A stretch of DNA of 64,000 nucleotides from Alloacidobacterium sp. (GTDB lineage Bacteria; Acidobacteriota; Terriglobia; Terriglobales; Acidobacteriaceae). Location: the NCBI GenBank assembly GCA_035482895.1, contig DATHQH010000061.1, positions 96-64,095 of the forward strand. The letters run 5' to 3'. Position numbers and translations under genes: made by a program. The notes below the pieces were generated by a model. That model did no database searches. It saw nothing but the letters and a program-made list of their open reading frames with translations, and had not been told where the DNA came from. Below, piece after piece: positions 7,823 through 16,100 of this stretch; positions within the stretch are counted from its first letter, which is position 1; every line of letters starts with the position of its first letter.

Positions 7823-10057
7823 ATGTACATGACCCCGGTGAATCCTCAAGAAGCACGCAGCGCTTCTACCACCCCTCAGCTGCCGCTTCGTCCTTCCCCA
7901 AAAGGGCCCTTTTTTCGAATCAATGTGCTCGGAAGTCTGCGACTGCATGCAGTTGCGGCTGTTCTTGTCGCCCTTGTCGTTCTTGGTCTCGGTCTTGCTA
8001 TTCTTCTGCGTCGAGGAGTTAGCTATGTTACCGAAAGCACTGTCTATGTATCGCCAACCTTCCCGAAAACGCTCAATGACGATCGTGAGCAGGAATACCC
8101 GTACGACTCGTATGTGCAGCAGCAGGTGCACTCCATCACCCGCTATGACGTGATGGAAGATGCGCTTCATAAGCTTCCGCCGGGGATGTGGAAGCTTACA
8201 AAGGAGACAGATCGGGCCGCGATCGAACGATTGCAGAAGGCTCTCGATATCAAACGTGTAGGTCTGACGTATCAGGTTTCGATCACGCTCCATGGTTCGA
8301 CACCCGACCATCTCGCCGATATCGTAAATGCTATTACACAATCCTATTTGGCCAAGACAAAGAATGAGGAATTCTACGGCCGCGATGAGCGTCTCTCAAC
8401 ACTGCGTGACACGCGCGATGATCTGCGCAAGGAGCTCGACACACGCATCGAGGAGCTATCCGGCATTACGGAAACTCTTGGAATGGCCAAGGTAGGCACT
8501 GAGGGTCCTAACCCCTTTGACGACCAGCTTTCAAAAATGCGCGCTGACCTGACAGCTGCTCATAATCAGCGTGTTCAGGCTGAGGCAGAGTTGTCATCAT
8601 TGAAAAACAGCGATCCCTCGGTTCCGAATGCGGCCTTGAATGCTGCGGCCGATGAATTGATAGCGAGTGACCCTGGGCTGCTGGCTATGAAAGCAGACCT
8701 GGCGAAGAAGCGGAGTGCCCTGGTAGAGCAGCTCAGCACCCTTACGCCAAATCATCCGCTGCGCAAACAGACCGAAGATCAGTTGTCTCAAATTAATCAG
8801 ACGCTACAAGATATGCAGACGGATTTGCGCCGCAAGGCAGCCGCTCGTCTTGAAACCAAGAACCGTGCAGAGTTCAATCGGACTTCGACGATCGAAGCAA
8901 AACTGCTGAGCGACTTACAGCAAGAGACAAAAGCCGCGACATCAGCTGCTCCGAAACTGCAGCGCGCAGAAGAGCTGAAGGCTGAGATTACTCGTCTTCA
9001 AACACGTTATGCCGAAGTCGATGACCGAATCAGCAATTTGGAGCTTGAAAGCAGCTCTCCTGGGTCGATCCATCTATTCGCTGCAGCTCTGCCTCCGACC
9101 GGACCCGAATCAAGTAAATTCCGCCTTTTGATACTTGCGCTTTTTCCAGTCTCAATCTTGTGCGGAATCGGAACTGCTGTGGCCCTGGATATCTTCGATC
9201 CATACGTTCACACCGGAAGCGATATAGAGGCTCTCCTGGGATTTGCACCCATTGGTGTGCTGCTGAACGATCGTGACATCACGCAGCGAGTCTTTGACGA
9301 GTGCTCACTTCGGCTCGCTGCTGGAGTCGATCACGCTGTCCGCAGCGCAGGAGCGCGCACATTCGTGGTGACAAGCGTGGGAAGTGGTGCAGGAACAACA
9401 TCGATTGTTCAGACTATGGGCAGCACGCTGGCGCGACTTGGCCACAAAACCTTAACCATCGATGCGTCCGGTCATACAGAACCTATCGCTTACGTAACGA
9501 TGGGAATCCATGACAGCGTGGCTGGATCAGGTCATGAATCTCACTTCGAAAGCGCGGATCATTTTCAGTCGATGTCGTCGGTACCTCTGCAAACATCGGC
9601 AATTTTTTCTCAGCCTTCATCTTTGAGCAAAGCACCTCTATATAGTTTTGCTGCAAAAACTTTCCAGAAGCTGACTTCCGAATACGACGTAATTCTCATG
9701 GATACGGCGCCATTGCTCATCTCGGCTGAAACGGAATATCTTGTACGCGCGGCAGACGTCACCATTCTCGTGGCAGAAGCCGGTAAGACCAGCAAGCGCA
9801 AGTTGACCCGCTGCGCCCGCCTGCTTGAGCGGCTCGATGTAGCCGGTGTAGCCGCCGTCATCAACAAAGTTCGCTTGCTTCGCGCGGAAACCGATCTGCG
9901 ACACGATTTGCAGGAATCGGAGGCGCGCCTGAATGAGACGAATCTGAGATGGCGTTCGCATCGCAGTCCCGATCATGCCTCGGTGTCGCCGTTCGAATCA
10001 ACACCGGAGGAATCGATGGAAAGTGAAGCAGCCGCCTTTGCAACAAGCAGCAGATAG
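7823..10057 (+). CDS. Polysaccharide co-polymerase / Wzc-like chain-length determinant with degenerate P-loop ATPase domain
   Basis: The Wzz-type N-terminus has a TM helix, a long coiled-coil periplasmic region and a second TM. The C-terminal P-loop domain has VVTSVGSGAGTTS where BY-kinases have GxxxxGK(S/T). Walker A'-like (ILMDTAPL) and Walker B-like (VTILVAEAGKTS) segments are present, and the tail contains no tyrosines. Confidence 0.85.
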   Translation: MYMTPVNPQEARSASTTPQLPLRPSPKGPFFRINVLGSLRLHAVAAVLVALVVLGLGLAILLRRGVSYVTESTVYVSPTFPKTLNDDREQEYPYDSYVQQQVHSITRYDVMEDALHKLPPGMWKLTKETDRAAIERLQKALDIKRVGLTYQVSITLHGSTPDHLADIVNAITQSYLAKTKNEEFYGRDERLSTLRDTRDDLRKELDTRIEELSGITETLGMAKVGTEGPNPFDDQLSKMRADLTAAHNQRVQAEAELSSLKNSDPSVPNAALNAAADELIASDPGLLAMKADLAKKRSALVEQLSTLTPNHPLRKQTEDQLSQINQTLQDMQTDLRRKAAARLETKNRAEFNRTSTIEAKLLSDLQQETKAATSAAPKLQRAEELKAEITRLQTRYAEVDDRISNLELESSSPGSIHLFAAALPPTGPESSKFRLLILALFPVSILCGIGTAVALDIFDPYVHTGSDIEALLGFAPIGVLLNDRDITQRVFDECSLRLAAGVDHAVRSAGARTFVVTSVGSGAGTTSIVQTMGSTLARLGHKTLTIDASGHTEPIAYVTMGIHDSVAGSGHESHFESADHFQSMSSVPLQTSAIFSQPSSLSKAPLYSFAAKTFQKLTSEYDVILMDTAPLLISAETEYLVRAADVTILVAEAGKTSKRKLTRCARLLERLDVAGVAAVINKVRLLRAETDLRHDLQESEARLNETNLRWRSHRSPDHASVSPFESTPEESMESEAAAFATSSR

Positions 10058-10157
10058 CAACATCAACGGTGATGTAACAGGCACGACTCTTACATCACCG
10101 CGGAAATATATAAGCTATTCAGACCATTACGATTCTTTGCTGAAAAGTCTGTCTCCA

Positions 10158-13100
10158 ATGCACAAAGAAAATAAATTGAATTCAAACTCTGCGCGGCAAT
10201 TCGATGCAAAGCAGTACAACCATTCGAATTCAGAGCAAAAGGCCGCACTCGAAGTATCGATCGCGAAACTTTGGCAAGAATTGCTTGGTCTGCCGAGCGT
10301 CGGTCTCGAAGACAATTTCTTCGAGATGGGTGGCACATCCTTAATTGCTACAGTGCTGCTCACAAAACTAAACCAGGCACTGAACTTGAGTCTCCCTATC
10401 GCAGCCGTCTTTGAATATCCGACCGTGCGTGCCATGACAGAATTCCTGAGCGACAAGGACAACTTTGGGGTGGAAGAAATTGTCCAGTCCACGCCGCGCA
10501 AGCAGATTGACAAGTCGAATACATCCTCTGCAATCGCCATCATCGGCATGACCGGGCGCTTTCCAGGGGCGGAATCTGTCGAGGACTTCTGGGCGAATCT
10601 CTGTAATGGAGTGGAATCCATTTCTTTCTTCGACCAGGAAGAATTGGAATCGCAGGAGCGGTTCACTGGCTTGGCACCCAACTATGTTGCAGCCCGGCCC
10701 ATTCTCCAAAACACGGCGATGTTCGATGCGGACTTCTTCGGAATTTATCCCAAGGAAGCTGAACAGATGGATCCGCAACACCGCGTATTCCTCGAGTGTG
10801 CATGGGAAGTTCTTGAACGCGCGGGATATGATCCGGCGCACACAAAAGACGCGGTAGGAGTTTTCGCCGGATGCAGCATGAATACCTACTTCATGCACAA
10901 CCTGGCTGCAAATCGAAGCTTCCTCGAAACTTTTACCGGCGGGTATCAGGTCGGCTCATACGTAACGATGCTCGGCAACGACAAGGATTTTCTGCCTACA
11001 CGCGTCTCCTACAAACTGAACTTGCGTGGCCCCAGCATCAACGTCCAAACTGCTTGCTCTACGTCACTGGTCGCGGTTTGCCAGGCGTGCCAAAGTCTAT
11101 TAACTGACGGCTGCGACATGGCGCTCGCAGGGGCCGTATCCATTACTTTTCCCGAACGACGCGGCTACATTCCACAGGAAGGTGGGATCGTCTCAGAAGA
11201 CGGTCATTGCCGTCCATTCGACCATCGTGCTACTGGAACCGTCTTCGGATCAGGTGCGGCCATTTTATTGCTGAAGCGACTGGATGACGCCATTGCCGAC
11301 GGCGATCAAGTGCTCGCCGTCATCCGCGGTTTCGCGTTAAACAACGATGGTTCCAATAAAGTTGGCTACACCGCGCCGAGTGTTGAAGGTCAGTCCCAGG
11401 TCATTCTACGGGCTCAACAGATGGCGGGAGTCACAGCTGACTCCATCTCCTATATTGAGGCACATGGAACGGCCACACCGCTTGGCGACCCTATTGAAGT
11501 TGCAGCACTAGCAAAAGCATTCAGCAAGTCCACACATGCCCGGCAATTCTGCTCCATCGGCACAGCCAAGGCGAATGTTGGCCATCTGGATGTCGCCGCA
11601 GGAGCTACTGGGCTGATCAAAACCGTATTACAGATCGAAAATCGCACCATTCCTAAGCTGCTTCATTTTGAAAAGCCGAATCCTCATCTGGATCTGAACA
11701 ACACTCCGTTTAAGGTTGCCCAAAATACTCAGCCATGGAAAACAGACAGCCTGCCACTCCGTGCAGGCGTGAGTGCCTTTGGTATGGGCGGAACAAACGC
11801 TCACGTCATCGTTGAAGAAGCCCCAGTTCCCACTCTTTCTGACCAGGGACGCGCACATCAGCTGCTGCTTTGCTCAGCGAAAACGCCAACCGCTCTTACA
11901 ACGATGACCAATGATCTTGCACATTTCTTCGCAACGCAATCAGATGTCAATCTCGCCGACGCAGCCTATACACTCCAGACTGGACGCAGTCGCCACAAGC
12001 ACCGTAGTGCGCTTGTCGCAAGCAGCGCAGAGGAAGTATCGGAAGCGCTCAAGAAACAAAGCAGTGAAATTCTGCGCGAAGACACACCTTTAGAAAATCC
12101 ATCCATCGTCTTTTGCTTTCCCGGCCAGGGTGTGCAGGCGGTGAATATGGGGCGCAAGCTGTATGAGTCCGAGCCGGTTTTCCGGCAAGTGATGGATGAA
12201 TGCAACACCATCCTGCGACCGCTACTTGGCGAGAACCTCCTCGATCTTCTCTACTCCTCTGAAACTGCAACAGACGCAGCGGCGCGCCTGAATGAAACAG
12301 CATACGCGCAGCCGGCGATCTTCGCATTTGAATACGCATTGGCGCAGCTCTGGCTCTCATGGGGAATCTGTCCGGACGCGATGGTTGGCCATAGCATTGG
12401 CGAGTATGTGGCGATGTGCATTGCCGGAGTCTTCTCACTTGAAGATGCCCTGCGACTCATCGCCGTGCGCGGACGATTTATGCAGAAGATGCCGCGTGGC
12501 TCTATGTTGAGTGTGCGCGCCAGTCAGGAAAGAGTTGTCGCGTTGATAGGCAATGATCTTGACCTCGCGGCTGTCAATGGACCACAACTCTGCGTAGTCT
12601 CGGGCCCGGATGACGCCATCGCAGCATTCGCTGCGAAGCTTGATGGGCAAGGAATCGTTCATCGCAAGTTGGCCACATCACACGCCTTCCATAGCCGTAT
12701 GGTGGACCCTGCCCTCGCTCCGTTCGCGGAGTTTGTGCGGGGTATCGTTTTCGGAGCACCAACAATTCCATGCGTTTCCACTCTGACAGGGAAATGGATC
12801 ACAGGACAGGAAGTCGCGCATCCCGAATACTGGACGCGTCAATTGAGAAGCACAGTACGGTTTGCCGACGCCATTCGCGAACTGGCACGCACGCCAGAAC
12901 GAATCTTTCTCGAAGTCGGACCCGCTGAAACGCTTGTGCAACTCATTCGTCCGACAATGAATGAGAAAAGCACCGTGAAAGCGAATGCACACATCGCGCT
13001 TGCTTCGCTGCCTTCGGTACGCGACGGGGTTTCTGAAGATAAAGCCATCCTGAACACGCTTGGACGTCTCTGGCTGTCAGGTGCCACTCCAGATTGGAAC

Positions 13101-16100
13101 ACTTTTCATGCAGGCTACATGCGCAAACGCATCCTGCTGCCAACATATCCTTTTGAGCGAAAAAGATTTTGGGTAGCACCTCCGCGAATTCCAACTTTGC
13201 CCCCGACAACCTATGCAGTGACAGCTCCAGTAGAAGAGGAACAACACCCGATGACCACACCGGTTGCCAACGGTTCTGCAATGTTGAATGAGCTTCAGCT
13301 TCTTATTACCGACCTCTCTGGTATCGATCTCGCAGGTGCCGATCCAGAATCGTCTTTCCTTGAGCTTGGATTTGACTCTCTCTTTCTGACGCAATTGACA
13401 CAGGCAATTCAGGGAAAATACCGCTTAAAACTTACTTTTCGTCAGATCATGGAGAACTATCCTACTCTGAGAGCACTCACAGCGCATCTTGAGGCAAATG
13501 TAACGCCTGAGCTACGCACGGCTGCACCGAGCAATGTGGCGCCTCCCGCACAGATTGCAGCGACGACGAGCGTTCCGGCACTGCTCGCTGCGGCTGCACC
13601 GCTTATCACTCCCACTGGCACTATGGAGGCGCTCTTCACCGCGCAGATGCAGGCTTTGACCGGTCTCTTCCAGCAGCAGTTAGCCATACTTGGTGCGTCA
13701 CAGCTGGACTCTGCACCCGCGTCGCTTTCGATTCAAACTAAGACACAACAAGTTGTTCCATCTAAAGCGATTTCTCCTGCTACGACGGCAACTACAGCTG
13801 CTTCGTCCCCAACGTTTGACGACAAGCCGACGAAGCCAGTCTTTACGCCATTCAAGCCGTTGCAGCTCAGCGACGACAATAAGCTAAACGCTGTACAAGA
13901 AAAATACCTTAGCGACTTCATTCATCACTACAATCAGCGCAGCTCTCGTTCGAAGAAGTTTACGCAGGAACACCGCAAGGTATTTGCCGATGGCCGCGTC
14001 GTATCGGGATTCAATGCACAGATCAAGGACCTCATCTATCCGCTGGTTGTAGATCGCGCCAAAGGTTCGTATCTGTGGGACAAAGACGGCAACCGTTACA
14101 TCGATATTTTGAATGGCTATGGAGCCATCCTCTTTGGCCACTCGCCCGATTTTCTTGTGGATGCAGTGCATAAGCAGCTGGATTTGGGTTTTGCCATCGG
14201 ACCGCAAACTGAGCTTGCCGGCGAATGTGCAGGGTTGGTGCACGATCTCACGGGAATGGAGCGGGTTACTTTCTGCAACACAGGCTCTGAGGCGGTTATG
14301 GGAGCCATGCGTCTGGCACGCACTGTCACCGGCCGCAACCTGATTGTGCTCTTCTCCGGTGACTATCATGGCAGTTTTGATGAAGTGCTGGTAAAAGCTG
14401 TAGGCGGCCACCGCTCGATGCCGGTCGCACCAGGCATTCCACGTGAAAGCGTCGCGAACATTCTTGTGCTCGACTACGGCACGCCGGAAAGTCTTGAAAT
14501 CATTCGCCAGCGCGCCCATGAGCTTGCTGCAGTTCTCGTCGAGCCGGTACAGAGCCGCCATCCCGATCTCCGCCCCGCAGAATTCCTAAAGGAGGTCCGT
14601 CGCATCACCCAGCAAAATGGAACCGCGCTCATCTTCGATGAAGTGGTCACCGGCTTCCGCACACACCCTGGAGGCATGCAGGCTGTCTATGGCATCCAGG
14701 CGGACCTGGCAACCTATGGCAAAGTTGTAGCGGGCGGCCTGCCTGTCGGCGTGCTCGCCGGAAGTTCGGCCTTCATGGACGCGCTCGACGGAGGCATGTG
14801 GCAGTACGGTGATTCGTCTTTCCCCGAAGCGGGCGTTACTTTCTACGCGGGAACCTTCATGAGGCACCCGCTGGCACTTGCCGGTGTGCGCGCTTGCCTG
14901 CAACACATCAAGAAAGAAGGTCATGGACTGCAAGAGCGACTTGCCACCAAGACTGCAAGCCTCGTGCATGACATTCAGGGCATGCTGAAGGATTTTTCCC
15001 ATCCGTCCTCAATCGAGACATATTCGTCGTGGTTCTATCTGCCTGCAGCAACCGACCCCTTCCTCACCCGCATGCTGCATTTCCATCTGCGCGAGCAGGG
15101 CGTGCATATTCAGGAAGGTTTTCCCTGCTTTCTGACAACTGCACATTCGGACGCAGACTTCGACTTTGTTCGCGAAGCCTTTCACAGCAGCTTGCGGGCG
15201 ATGCGTGCTGGGCAAGCGCTACCACAACCCACAGGTACACTGAGTACATTAGAAGAGCCAGCCGCAGCACAATCTGCTTCGTTGGAGACTGCGACCCGTT
15301 CTATTCCGATCACCGAAGCGCAACGCGAAATCCTTCTTGGAGCGCAGCTCGGAGACGACGCGAATTGCTCCTTCAATGAATCGACTTCGCTAGCGCTCAA
15401 GGGCAAATTAAATGAACGGGCATTGATAAGCGGGCTTGAACAGCTCGTTCAACGCCATGACTCTTTGCGTCTCAATTTTGATATGGGCAGCGAGACCGCC
15501 GTTGTCGCTCCGTCAGCTGCAATCAAGGTGGAACGCCACGACCTAAGTCAGCTTTCCGCAAAAGAAAGAGCGGCACAGCATCAGGCCCTCATCGATCAGG
15601 AGAGTTCAACGCCTTTCGATTTAGTGCACGGACCCTTGTTCCGGATTCATTTGATCCGTCTGGCTGCTGATGAACATGTTGTCCTCTTCACGGCGCACCA
15701 CATCATTTTTGACGGCTGGTCGACAAATGTATTCTTTAACGAACTGAGCGATCTCTATAACGCAACGGTAAACGGACATAAGACCAATCTCCCCATTCCC
15801 ATTACCTTCACCCAATTCGCTATCGACCAGCGCGAGCACGTGGCGAATGACAATTGTCGCACCACGGAGACCTTTTGGATGGAGCAGTTCGACACCACAC
15901 CGTTGCCCTTGCAAATCCCTACGGACAGACCGCGTACCACCGTGCGCAGCCATGAAGGCGCAACAAACCGCTACGTTTTTGATAGCGAATTATTCCAAGC
16001 CGTCCGCAAAGCCGGCGCACGCCAGGGCAGCACGTTATTCGCTACATTGCTTGCCGCCTTTGCCCAACTGATCCATCGTCTTTCAGAGCAGGACGACGTC

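Noticed and set aside
9975-10157. The 9975 ATG as the start of the PKS-NRPS gene
   Set aside because: It would overlap the wzc-like gene by 83 nt and add a basic, low-complexity 61-aa extension before the carrier domain. I prefer 10158, but I cannot exclude 9975 or a non-ATG start in between.
13884-14561. 225-aa minus-strand ORF inside the aminotransferase domain region
   Set aside because: It is antisense to a region with unmistakable class-III aminotransferase motifs on the plus strand, and it has no family resemblance.
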